From a virus (taxonomy: Duplodnaviria > Caudoviricetes), in IMG/VR virus record IMGVR_UViG_3300013383_000025, positions 31,957-95,956 of that record: a stretch of DNA of 64,000 nucleotides, one strand, 5' to 3'. This document shows, one piece after another, positions 29,661 to 39,428 of the stretch. The notes beneath the pieces are model-generated. The model did no database searches, had not been told where the DNA came from, and saw nothing but the letters and a program-made list of their open reading frames with translations. Numbering within the stretch: position 1 is the stretch's first letter; every line of letters starts with the position of its first letter. The translations under genes were made by a program, and so were the position numbers.

Positions 29661-30482
29661 ACAGGGATTGCTGCATACAATTCTTTCTACATACCATGCA
29701 GGATTGCGGTTATTAGCATTATCCTCATAGAATACGCCCGGCTCACCATTATCATATGCCATCTTCATGATTTCGTTCCAGATATCACGAGCTAGCACTA
29801 GCTTGGTAAACTGCTTATCCCACTTGGCTGGTGGTAACTTATTGCCCTTTTCATCATAAATAGGCCAATGCAACTGAACTTGACCATCGGCAATGACTAA
29901 CTGCATAAAAGCATCATCTACAACTACGGATAGATTAAAATGATTAAGCCGTCCTTCAGTTGCAGACTTGGCGCGTATAAATTCAAGGATGTCAGGATGA
30001 TACACACTGAGCATACCCATGTTTGCGCCGCGCCTGCTACCTTGCTGCACCGTAGCTGTCTGAGCATTAAATACATCCATAAAACTAACTGGGCCAGATG
30101 CAATAGCGTCATTGCGCGTCTTATAGCCATTGGGAGCTAGATTACTGAACGCATATCCAATGCCACCTCCGGCCTTATGTGTCATAGCGCCTAACTTAAC
30201 CGCATCAAAAATCTGCTCCATACTATTGCCAATAATAGGCGCGACAAAGCAATTATTGAGGGTTAGTTTTTCACCAACGCCAGCATTGCTCATGGTACGA
30301 CCAGCAGGAAAGAAATAACCTTCTTTCATAATTGAGTAAAACTTATCAGCCCACATATATGGCTTATCATCTTCTGCTCTAGCAATAAATTCAGCTACGC
30401 GCCATAGTTGCTCATCATATGACTCACCATCCTTTTGGTATCGGTCTTTCCAGATAGACTCATATACCTCATTTACAAACAA
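29661..30482 (-). CDS. nrdJ: Class II ribonucleotide reductase, exon 1 (TTG start)
   Basis: FPAGR, TLNNCFV, GGGIG, ASGPVSF, RRGANM, HPDI..FI, FNLSV, GEPG, CSNPC; AAGGAGG RBS. Confidence 0.92.
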
Positions 30483-30495
30483 TATATCATCCTCC

Positions 30496-30675
30496 TTATT
30501 TATCCTTAACATGAATAACAATATTTGGCTTATTTGTATCCATGTCAATTACTGTGTCAATGTGGTCAATGTCGTAGAGCTGGTTGCCAATGTGGATACG
30601 GACGTGCGCCGTATCTTCAGCCATTGTACGCATTTTCGACAAATTGTTGATTAGTTGCTGTTTTGTCAATCGCAT
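30496..30675 (-). CDS. Hypothetical protein
   Basis: GGAGGT RBS downstream of a promoter at 30692-30720. Confidence 0.5.
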   Translation of the reverse strand: MRLTKQQLINNLSKMRTMAEDTAHVRIHIGNQLYDIDHIDTVIDMDTNKPNIVIHVKDK

Positions 30676-30697
30676 TACCTCCTTGTCATCTATATTA

Positions 30698-30916
30698 TCA
30701 CGATTCGGTTGATTTGTCAAGAGTGATTTTTAGTGTTTGAACATAATTATAAATTGAATCGGCACAATCTTGGCAAACATCACAAATGGTCAGCTCACAA
30801 TTTTTTTGCCCGTATTTAAGGACGTTAACGCCAACTGCAGATTTAATTGACACGAGCCATCTCTCTCTATTATCAGTAATTAGTTTGCCACAAATATCAC
30901 ACGTTGTTCTCGTCAT
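30698..30916 (-). CDS. Hypothetical Zn-finger protein
   Basis: CDICG...CQDC. Confidence 0.55.
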   Translation of the reverse strand: MTRTTCDICGKLITDNRERWLVSIKSAVGVNVLKYGQKNCELTICDVCQDCADSIYNYVQTLKITLDKSTES

Positions 30917-30918
30917 TT

Positions 30919-31305
30919 TTATTTCTCCATCAATTTATTCACAGCATCAACAAGCTCATTGATTTTATCAATCATCTTGCCATTATAAACAAACTTAACG
31001 TACTCTCCATCGCTAAAGTATTGCTTAAATTCAACCGTTTTATCTTTAATTCGTCCCTCTACTGGCAAGTCTTTTTCAAGATGTTCAATCTTCTTCTTTT
31101 CTTTCTTAGTGAAATCATATGCGCCGATACGAAGAAAATTATTTGTGACATTTAAGTCATTAACTTTAAAGGGCACAAGGTCTTCATCTTCGCAACGTAC
31201 ACGAACTACAATGTTCCCATCTCCCAAGTCTGAGACATTATCAATATACCCGATATATCCAGCTCTTGTCTTAACATAATCCCCTACATGAAATTCATAA
31301 TTCAT
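30919..31305 (-). CDS. Hypothetical phage protein
   Basis: F.VGDYV N-terminus; DKINELVDAVN C-terminus. Confidence 0.6.
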   Translation of the reverse strand: MNYEFHVGDYVKTRAGYIGYIDNVSDLGDGNIVVRVRCEDEDLVPFKVNDLNVTNNFLRIGAYDFTKKEKKKIEHLEKDLPVEGRIKDKTVEFKQYFSDGEYVKFVYNGKMIDKINELVDAVNKLMEK

Positions 31306-33477
31306 TTAATCAACGCCATCCTTTAACACCTCTCTCAACCACGTATTCCTACATTTTTCTTCCTGCACATTTAGTCCTGTCTCAATCGCCTCCATATCGC
31401 CAATTACTACTAGCCGCTCTTGCGCCCTTGACACCCCAGTATATAGCAGGTTGCGCGAAATAAGCCGCATATGGCTTCTATCTACCACCACAATCACCGC
31501 CTTTGCTTGACAGCCCTGGCTGCTATGTGTGCTGATACAATATCCTAGCAACATCCTGCTGATATGCGCCTTATCAACTAGACAATCGCCACAATCAAAA
31601 CGTACGACCATCTGCGGCATCTTATCATCAGGCTCAATATCCATAACGCGCCCCATATCACCATTGGCTACAAACACCGTAGCCTCCCTATCGACAAGTG
31701 GCATACGATATTCATTCTTTTTATTGATGACCTTATCACCAACACGGAACTTGACTTCCACGCCATTCATTGTCCAACCAACATCTGTAGGTGGATTTGG
31801 GTTAAATTTATCTTGGATATAATTGTTGATAACCAATGAGCCGCATTGCCCCTTATTGAATGGCGACAGAATCAATATATCATCCTGCCCATAGCCACTA
31901 GCCAACAGAGCCGCATATTCTCGCTCAATTTGCTTGATTGGCAATGTATCAATTTTAACAAACTTGTAATCCGTGAAAGTATCTGTCAGATGGCTACTAT
32001 CACTATTTCGTACATCAGTAGCAATAGTTATAATGCCAGATGTGTTGTATCTGAACACCTTGGTCAAGTTGCATATAGGCACGATGCCGCTATCAAGCAT
32101 ATCGCGCACAACATTACCACATGAGATAGAAGCAAGCTGAGATGGGTCGGCAATAAAGATGAGCTTGGTGGTATCATTGAGCTTATTGAATAGAGCGGAT
32201 AGCAGGTCAACTGCAACCATGCCAGATTCGTCAATCAACACATAATCGCCCGCCATCGCTTCACTCAGCAAGAACATATGAATGGTGCTGGCTTCACGAC
32301 TTGTTGCCTCACGCATCCTCTTTGCGGCGATTCCTGTCGGAGCTAGCAGTGTATAGCCATAGTTGTTAGCTTCAAGCATCTCAATAATGGCCTTGAGCGT
32401 CTGACTCTTACCAGAACCGGCACTCCCCGTCAACATCATTACATCCTGCTTGCAAGCCATCTCAAGAATCTGCGTTTGTTCATCTGTCAGATCTAAGCCG
32501 TCTACACTTGTAAACTTCTGCCAATCCATAGGAGAATAATGTGGATTGGCTATTTTTTTCTTCACGACCTCAGCTACATGACATTCAGCCATATAGGTCG
32601 ATTTGCGGCTTACATACTTGCGCTCTGGCTCATAGTAGATTTTAGACGATGTAGTGACTGCCTCATAAATATAACTAACCGATTCAGGGCATAGCGACAC
32701 GAACTGGTCAAATAGCTCAGATGCGCCGATTCGCGTGTTGCCATCATCCTCATTTCGCTTGAGTAGATAGATACAGGCGGCTTCGGCTCTATTTAATGAG
32801 CAAGCAAGAGATGGCGCACATTTCATTACCGCTTTATCAGCCCTAGTCCAGCCCCAATCAAGCACGTTTATCAGCACGTTATATGGGTTCTGCTCTATGT
32901 CCTCTTTGAACTCATCAATATTTCCGTATCGCGCCGCAATTTTATTCAGATTTTCATCAGATTCAATAGACCATTTAGCCGCCTCTTCCATGAACGCGAC
33001 ACGGTTATTGATTGACTTGATTTTAGCAATATAGCGGCTCAACAGCACATTCTTAACATACTTGATTTTATTGGGGTCAATTTGTTCTTGTTCGCCATTC
33101 AGCACCATGCTGACGAAACGAGGATAGGCGGCATGGCATGATTCGGCCTGCCTATTCGTCATCAAGCTGCGTAGAGCCTGTAGCTCCTGTTTCTCTGTCA
33201 ACTTGAATTTGCCGCCCTTTGCTTCAAACGAGCCAAAACTGATAAATTTATAGCTATATGGATGCTCCTCGTCAATGATTGGCTCAATGATGCAGTCAAT
33301 GCGGCGATTCAGCTCAAAGTTGGCTATATTTGCGCCTTTTAGCGTGAGATTATGATATACGGGGTGCGTCTCTATACCGGCAACAGGATTAACCAGCTTG
33401 CATGACAAGATGGCAAAATCGGTCTTGGCGTCACGGTATAAGAATCGCTGTGGGAGCAATTTTGCTTTTGGCATCAA
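31306..33477 (-). CDS. recD2: RecD2-like SF1B helicase
   Basis: GSAGSGKS, APTGIAAKR, TIH, IDESGM, QLASI, FRVGDKV, NGDMG, SQG, RNLLYTGVSRA. Confidence 0.92.
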   Translation of the reverse strand: MMPKAKLLPQRFLYRDAKTDFAILSCKLVNPVAGIETHPVYHNLTLKGANIANFELNRRIDCIIEPIIDEEHPYSYKFISFGSFEAKGGKFKLTEKQELQALRSLMTNRQAESCHAAYPRFVSMVLNGEQEQIDPNKIKYVKNVLLSRYIAKIKSINNRVAFMEEAAKWSIESDENLNKIAARYGNIDEFKEDIEQNPYNVLINVLDWGWTRADKAVMKCAPSLACSLNRAEAACIYLLKRNEDDGNTRIGASELFDQFVSLCPESVSYIYEAVTTSSKIYYEPERKYVSRKSTYMAECHVAEVVKKKIANPHYSPMDWQKFTSVDGLDLTDEQTQILEMACKQDVMMLTGSAGSGKSQTLKAIIEMLEANNYGYTLLAPTGIAAKRMREATSREASTIHMFLLSEAMAGDYVLIDESGMVAVDLLSALFNKLNDTTKLIFIADPSQLASISCGNVVRDMLDSGIVPICNLTKVFRYNTSGIITIATDVRNSDSSHLTDTFTDYKFVKIDTLPIKQIEREYAALLASGYGQDDILILSPFNKGQCGSLVINNYIQDKFNPNPPTDVGWTMNGVEVKFRVGDKVINKKNEYRMPLVDREATVFVANGDMGRVMDIEPDDKMPQMVVRFDCGDCLVDKAHISRMLLGYCISTHSSQGCQAKAVIVVVDRSHMRLISRNLLYTGVSRAQERLVVIGDMEAIETGLNVQEEKCRNTWLREVLKDGVD

Positions 33478-33731
33478 TCGCCCTCCTCAACAATTAGCTG
33501 TTCCCATCTATCGATAATCGTTTCCATCAGCTTAGTTGCACCAAATGCCGGTTCCCATCCTTTATCATACACCCAATGGATTCGCTCTGTACTGATAAAT
33601 GTAACCCATCTATATTTACTCGCCACAACCTTAAATTCATTATCTACAATAGTTACAGTTGCTTTCAACAAGCTATTACAGATGTCGCATACCACATCGA
33701 GCCATGCTGTGTAGGTAAGTATATCTTGCAT
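33474..33731 (-). CDS. Hypothetical protein
   Basis: Overlaps the recD2 start. Confidence 0.55.
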   Translation of the reverse strand: MQDILTYTAWLDVVCDICNSLLKATVTIVDNEFKVVASKYRWVTFISTERIHWVYDKGWEPAFGATKLMETIIDRWEQLIVEEGD

Positions 33732-33735
33732 TTAA

Positions 33736-33984
33736 TTACTCCCTCCAATCGTCATAGATTTCAATGGTCGGAATTTCATCGTTTACATCAATGATAATGG
33801 GGTGGTTTGTTGTCTTGTTCAATTCAATCAGCTTCTTAAAAGAATTGATTTCAATACAAGCACCCATGTTTCCAAGCCAACCAATCTTTTCATCGTGCAT
33901 AACATAATAGCTGAGGATCGGGTAAATACGTCTAAGTTGATCTGCGGTTTCACAATTCAATGTGCGATGGATATAAAATTTCAT
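33736..33984 (-). CDS. Hypothetical protein
   Basis: C-terminal IEIYDDWRE; GGAGG RBS. Confidence 0.6.
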   Translation of the reverse strand: MKFYIHRTLNCETADQLRRIYPILSYYVMHDEKIGWLGNMGACIEINSFKKLIELNKTTNHPIIIDVNDEIPTIEIYDDWRE

Positions 33985-33990
33985 AATTAA

Positions 33991-34046
33991 ACAACCTCCT
34001 GTTCAATTTGTACCATAAGTATATCACATGAACAGGAGGTTGTCAA
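33991..34046 (-). promoter_or_regulatory. Promoter fused to a 15-bp inverted repeat covering the RBS
   Basis: TTGACA (34041-46)-17-TATACT (34018-23); arms 33991-34005 and 34029-34043. Confidence 0.85.
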
Positions 34047-34199
34047 TAGGTTATTTAATTATTTTTCATCATTTCTTTTAGTGCGCCAAATAGCTCTCTA
34101 CCGCAAATAGGACAAGTCGAATCTAGGTCAACTACATATTTTTCATCTACGACCAAGCCGCAATTCGGGCAATGAATAGGCGCATATTTCATGGGTCGC

Positions 34200-35297
34200 T
34201 CAATCTTCTTGCGGCGGTTGCGTTCTGCTCTGCTCAATTTTTTCTTTCTCCTTATACTTAGCTCTATATTCATCTCGCTTGGCTTCATCGCCATCATTCC
34301 ACCATTTGACATTGATATAATCTAACACTTTAGCCATACCAAGTCCCTTGTCAGGAATCCACATGCCAGATTCGTTGTATTTGCCGCCACGCATACAGTA
34401 ATCGTAGAGCTGGGGGTGTGTATGTGCCAACGTTTGGAATTTGTTTGATTCTTTTTCAAGATGGCAACCAAAGCCACAGAAAATGCAACCTGTGCGCTTT
34501 TGCTTAGTTGTGGTATATACGCCGTCCTGTTCTATGATGTCACCATAGATTTCTTTGACATATGGGATGTTGTATTTAACTATATAAGATAACACATCTG
34601 ATTTAGTCCAAAAAGATAATGGATTGCTTGTTGGCCTATCCTTATCAAATGCGTTGCAACCAAATTTTAGCCAATTTGTCTCGCGTAGAGCGCTTTCGTC
34701 TGTCATAGTGCCGATATACGGGTGTAGACCTGTCTCATGCTCAAATCGTTTGGATGGATTTTTCTTCATAATATCACAGCATTTATTGCTCACGGGTATA
34801 TGGCAAGACGGCTCGACAAACTTGAGCCATTTCTTAGAAATTTTACCGCGATTGTATCTATTACCATTAAGTCTAATTTGTTTTAAGCGTTCACTTTTGG
34901 TTGCCCTGTATTCTTGAATAAACGCGGCCTGTTCTTTGCTAATAATTGGATAACCGTATTTTTTAATAACTTTAGCAAAAGATGTGTGTTGCCATGATTT
35001 TGTTTTTCTATCATATATAGCTGGTTTCAACACAATCACACCTGGCTTACTTATAATAAAATCTCTTAGTTCAGGATATTCTAGTCCTGTATCACAATAC
35101 ACATCTGGTACATCAGGATATAGAGAATGGACGAGATGACTGAGAGTAGTAGAATCAACACCTCCCGAATTAGAGATATATACTTCACCATCCCAGTGTT
35201 CATATCACTCTTTGATTCTCTGTTTAGATACAATAATTTTCGCTTCAAGTGGTAATGCTTGCTTTTGACGCAAGTCACCAATCGTCATTTTACCCAT
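34200..35297 (-). pseudogene. PAPS-reductase family (PP-loop, Fe-S) protein with in-frame TGA at codon 31
   Basis: MGKMT...RIKE*YEHWDGEVYISNSGGVDS is in frame with DTGLEYPE, KCC, RTGCIFCGFG; TAATG coupling to the upstream gene. Confidence 0.85.
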
Positions 35298-36232
35298 TAT
35301 TGAAAAATCCTTTCCCAATCAAATTCATCGTTTTTCTTATCTGCAATTTCATATCGCTCGATTATTGCTTGCGGCTTAATTTGCCCATTATATTCATTCA
35401 ATCCAAGAGATACCACAACCTCTATGGATTTGCCCTGTGCCGCCTCAAACTGACTTGCTTCTTCATTGCTAACAAAGAATTTAATGAACTCAATGCCGTC
35501 CTGAATCAGCTTGACAGTAGTTAAGCGATTACGATATACATAAATCTGTGGAGTTGTTAAAGTACAATGGAATAGTGGCTTGGGGCACCCCTGTCCGAAC
35601 AAACCCTCATTATCTACACAGATTTGACATAGCGCCTGTGTAATCTGGCTTGGTTCAATACTGGCTGCAACCTCAACAACACCAACCATATCAATCTGTT
35701 GCTCGTCAAACCACTTGACGAATCGCTTGGCATTTGACACCTTCAAGAAGCAACCGGCGGCACAACCGTGACCCTGCGCTGTAATTAAACCACTGCCATT
35801 AAGCAGGCCGATAATATCAACAGGCGAGCGATAACTACCTGATAGAGTGCATGGGTCTAATTTTCTAAACACAAATGCAGTCTTATTGTATTTGGACATT
35901 AGCTTATTAGCCAATAAACCTGTATATTCTTTGTATTCATTATCAATCATTGCTACGACGCAATTTTTATAAATGTTGAGATTGTCAATAGCTGAATCAA
36001 ACAACGCCTTGACTTCACGAGTTTGTTTACTATGGCAACGAGTAGCAACCTTAATAGCCGTCTCAGGCTCTACGTTGCCCATAAAGCCGTCAATCAGCAC
36101 CGCTCTATCATCTTGCGTGCCATTACGGAAAACGGCGTTAATCTTGGGCACAACGTTCCAGGACACGTTTGTTGGAGAGGGCGGCCTACCTTTGCCCAAC
36201 TTCTCTACCATATAGGTCAAAAATTCATTCAT
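35297..36232 (-). CDS. recJ: RecJ-like exonuclease, C-terminal half (DHHA1)
   Basis: PKINAVFR, GLLANKL, SGSYRS, QGHGCAAG, FGQGCPKPLF. Confidence 0.8.
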   Translation of the reverse strand: MNEFLTYMVEKLGKGRPPSPTNVSWNVVPKINAVFRNGTQDDRAVLIDGFMGNVEPETAIKVATRCHSKQTREVKALFDSAIDNLNIYKNCVVAMIDNEYKEYTGLLANKLMSKYNKTAFVFRKLDPCTLSGSYRSPVDIIGLLNGSGLITAQGHGCAAGCFLKVSNAKRFVKWFDEQQIDMVGVVEVAASIEPSQITQALCQICVDNEGLFGQGCPKPLFHCTLTTPQIYVYRNRLTTVKLIQDGIEFIKFFVSNEEASQFEAAQGKSIEVVVSLGLNEYNGQIKPQAIIERYEIADKKNDEFDWERIFQ

Positions 36233-36947
36233 TCGGCTTGCTCACCGCCTTCTCATAATCTCTTTGCCATTGATTGATATAGGCTCTATTCTCTAGGTCG
36301 CGTAAATCCATAACATCACCAATAAGCGACATGGCTACAAGGTCGGCATATTCGTCTTTATCGTTGCCCAGAACGGTATTGGCGAATTTGCTTGCTATCA
36401 ATGCGCCACTTGCTGATTGATTAGTATCGCTCTGTTGCAGACAATTCACAATAACTGCGTATGGATTATTTGAAAAATCATATAGATGATGGTCTAGGAT
36501 AAGCACGTCACAGTCATGCTCTCTGAGCGTCTGGCATGATTCTCTATCTGCGCTTGCGTCTGGGATGATAAGTAGAGATGGCGCATATTCAAGAATATCA
36601 TCCAGCACCTTATCAGATGAGTCGGCTCTAATACCGTGCGCCTTTGCAACCGTATGGAAGAAGATACGATATTCAGCATTGAGCCGCTTAAGCATATCTG
36701 CAATGATAACGCATGAACACAGGCCATCGTCGTCCTCGTCGCACAAAACTGCGATTCTACTCATTTTTGTAAGATGTTGTTTAAGTAGCAGTACAGCCAC
36801 ATCCATATTCTTATACATATCTGGGCTTTGATATTCAATCTTATCTGGATGCAGATAAGCATCAATATCATCTATACCACAGACACGTAAATATGCTCGT
36901 AAAAATGTGGCTTCATTAAGGGAATCTAGTAGTGGATGAATTTTCAC
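36225..36947 (-). CDS. recJ: RecJ-like exonuclease, N-terminal half (DHH)
   Basis: D.DDDG, HGI, PD, ILDHH, SGA, GDVMDL..LENR. Confidence 0.82.
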   Translation of the reverse strand: MKIHPLLDSLNEATFLRAYLRVCGIDDIDAYLHPDKIEYQSPDMYKNMDVAVLLLKQHLTKMSRIAVLCDEDDDGLCSCVIIADMLKRLNAEYRIFFHTVAKAHGIRADSSDKVLDDILEYAPSLLIIPDASADRESCQTLREHDCDVLILDHHLYDFSNNPYAVIVNCLQQSDTNQSASGALIASKFANTVLGNDKDEYADLVAMSLIGDVMDLRDLENRAYINQWQRDYEKAVSKPNE

Positions 36948-37196
36948 TCAACCACCATCCTTTTCTGGCTCTGGGAAGTTGATATATGCCCATTGGTCAT
37001 CTTCATAAACCTCATACACATCTGCATCCCATACACATCGCCACATATATTCGTCACCATATGAATAATGATTGACAAACATCTTCATCAGATGAACAAA
37101 TTCTTCTGGGTATGTGCCATCCGTTTCTGAACCAGCTACAAGAACCGATTTACTACATGGCGGCAATACATCTTTTACTTTACGCCATTCAATCAT
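36948..37196 (-). CDS. DUF551-like small protein
   Basis: EWRKVKDVLP...VLV...WAYI..PEP. Confidence 0.55.
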   Translation of the reverse strand: MIEWRKVKDVLPPCSKSVLVAGSETDGTYPEEFVHLMKMFVNHYSYGDEYMWRCVWDADVYEVYEDDQWAYINFPEPEKDGG

Positions 37197-37202
37197 AATA
37201 AA

Positions 37203-37259
37203 AATCAACCTCCTTATTGTTGATATAGCGATTATACCACAAATGAGGTTGATTGTCAA
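37203..37259 (-). promoter_or_regulatory. Promoter with spacer complementary to the downstream RBS
   Basis: TTGACA (37254-59)-17-TATAAT (37231-36); arms 37203-37212 and 37245-37254. Confidence 0.85.
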
Positions 37260-37266
37260 GTATTAT

Positions 37267-37587
37267 TTAATTAAACGTTATGCCGTACCAAGGCTCATAT
37301 TCATAACCACAACAAGGACAATAGTTGGACGTGCCAATAATTTCTTCGCCACATCTGGCGCATTTATATATATAGCCATATTGCTCGTCAAGACATTGGG
37401 TTGGTATCCAAGACAATTTTGTATTATCCCCTAAAGACTTATGCTTTGTGCAACATTCTTTGCATCCATCGTCACATTCAAACGGCTCCGGCACAGCAAA
37501 GCATTCATTAACAGTCACATCTTTTAGTTCGCCATTCACAAACCTGTTATATGTGATCTCATGCGCATACTTACATGGTGTTCTCAT
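37267..37587 (-). CDS. Cys-rich Zn-ribbon protein
   Basis: CARCG...YCPCCG. Confidence 0.6.
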   Translation of the reverse strand: MRTPCKYAHEITYNRFVNGELKDVTVNECFAVPEPFECDDGCKECCTKHKSLGDNTKLSWIPTQCLDEQYGYIYKCARCGEEIIGTSNYCPCCGYEYEPWYGITFN

Positions 37588-38639
37588 ACTTTCACCCTAC
37601 TTTCCCATAATTTCATTGCTTGCTCATATGGTATATCCATCATATTGCATTTATACATATCATAGCCTTGATTGTTATAGACGATTGAAACGTTGAAATA
37701 ACTGCGCAACTTAGCCACCAATTTCTTCATCTTAACCACAAAGAATTTGAACTCATCATCACCCACAACATGATAATCGCTATCCATGGCCAACACAACC
37801 TCATTTACGCCCAACTCAAGCAATAACTGGATATGCTGCTTGCTGATATTAGAGCCAAAGACAGCTATGCTGTTATGTAGGTCGTATTCGGGCGCTTTTA
37901 GCACACTTTTTTCAGATTCAAATAGCACCACTTGGCGTGACTTTTCAATAGCGGCTCTATTCTGGTCATAGCCATAAAAGCAAGCACCGCTTGGGAATTT
38001 AAGCACCTGTCCATCAAGCGTACATATCGGCCTATACTTGCCTTTAGCCACATCATGTTCTCTTGTATATCGTCCTCTCACGCCTACGAGTTGCCCATTA
38101 AACACCACAGGTATGGAAATACACGCTTGCCGTGCATACCAACCTACGCCGAATTTATCAAGTGTATCTTTTGTTATCCCATAATCTAGCCAATCTTGCG
38201 GGTATAAGTGGTCAAATAGGGATAAGACGGCTGGGTCATATGTGGCCAACTTACATGGCTCTGGCTCGGCATTGGGTAGGAATCGACGCAACTCAGCCCA
38301 ATTATCAAGTTGCTCATTTTGCTCTACTTGACCGACTTGCAAATGTAGAGTAGAGCAAATATAGGTAATCGCTTGATTGAAGTCAAGGTGTTTGACGTGC
38401 TGAACTAGAGATATGGTATCACCTGAAAAGCCACAACTCCAACATTTGTACTGCATGAAGTCTAGGTATAGCCAGAGCTTAGCGGAGTGAGCTAATGGGT
38501 CACTCTGGTGGCAGATAGACGGGAATACAAGATAATTGCCATCCGCTTTCATCAATGGCGCACCAAGAGCATCCATCAGCTCAATAATGCGGTCTTCGGT
38601 TAATTGAAGTTTGAGAGAGGCAATGTCAATCATTTTCAA
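37584..38639 (-). CDS. dnaG: DNA primase (Zn-binding and TOPRIM domains)
   Basis: ICH...CWSC, IPV...GR, LFESEKS, AMDSD. Confidence 0.85.
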   Translation of the reverse strand: MKMIDIASLKLQLTEDRIIELMDALGAPLMKADGNYLVFPSICHQSDPLAHSAKLWLYLDFMQYKCWSCGFSGDTISLVQHVKHLDFNQAITYICSTLHLQVGQVEQNEQLDNWAELRRFLPNAEPEPCKLATYDPAVLSLFDHLYPQDWLDYGITKDTLDKFGVGWYARQACISIPVVFNGQLVGVRGRYTREHDVAKGKYRPICTLDGQVLKFPSGACFYGYDQNRAAIEKSRQVVLFESEKSVLKAPEYDLHNSIAVFGSNISKQHIQLLLELGVNEVVLAMDSDYHVVGDDEFKFFVVKMKKLVAKLRSYFNVSIVYNNQGYDMYKCNMMDIPYEQAMKLWESRVKV

Positions 38640-39042
38640 CGCTTTCTCTTAACAACAACTGGTATTTTCTCACGCCCGTTTTTCCACTCCCAATAATAAT
38701 CGCTGTCGTTTATAGTGGCGACAAGAAAGTCCATAGCGTCTGCAAGTTCACCGGCATAACAATAGTATGCCCCACCATAATCACCTCCGTGTTGAATAGC
38801 GGCTTCAATAACCTCGTTTAACGCTTTGATTTGTTTATCGTTCATCGGTCATTCTCCTTATACCACTTCACAACCTCCTCTGGTACATATCTCTGTACCA
38901 CCTTGACAAACGGCGCTTCGTCATTATGCAACCCAATGACAATATCGCAGTCTTGATAATATGGAACATCTGCTAATAACTTATCAGCATTTGCAGCAAT
39001 ATCTTTCGCGCATAAGCATAATTCTTTTACTCTATCTGTCAT
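38636..39042 (-). CDS. Two small hypothetical genes (38636-38845 and 38842-39042)
   Basis: ATGA-coupled ORFs. Confidence 0.5.
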
Positions 39043-39242
39043 TTTCGTGAATATCTCCCACTAATTTTTACAGCATAATCGTACACATCGCCAAGTTTCT
39101 TGTCTCTCATCATCTGTTTCAGAACGATTTTTTGATACCATTTCAATTTGATATTAAACCAATCCTCAATAAATATATCAGGATTACGCAGATAAAATTC
39201 GCGCCAAGCATCATTATTCTTTTGTTTTAATAATTCATTCAT
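39039..39242 (-). CDS. Small protein resembling the N-terminus of a terminase large subunit
   Basis: FYLRNPDIFIEDWFNIKLKWYQKIVL. Confidence 0.5.
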   Translation of the reverse strand: MNELLKQKNNDAWREFYLRNPDIFIEDWFNIKLKWYQKIVLKQMMRDKKLGDVYDYAVKISGRYSRK

Positions 39243-39245
39243 ATT

Positions 39246-39428
39246 TCACTTTGTCATCAGTGTAATAATAATAGTCACGACACACAACACCAATGTTACA
39301 TATGCACTATACAATGTCGCCAACATACTAAAACTATGATTCTTCTTGTATCCACGTTCAAGTTCGCTGATTCCAGCAATCGTAAATCCGCTGATAGCAG
39401 CTACAATACAACAAATCAAGTGACTCAT
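39246..39428 (-). CDS. Small two-TM membrane protein
   Basis: Two hydrophobic segments; overlaps the dnaB stop. Confidence 0.5.
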   Translation of the reverse strand: MSHLICCIVAAISGFTIAGISELERGYKKNHSFSMLATLYSAYVTLVLCVVTIIITLMTK

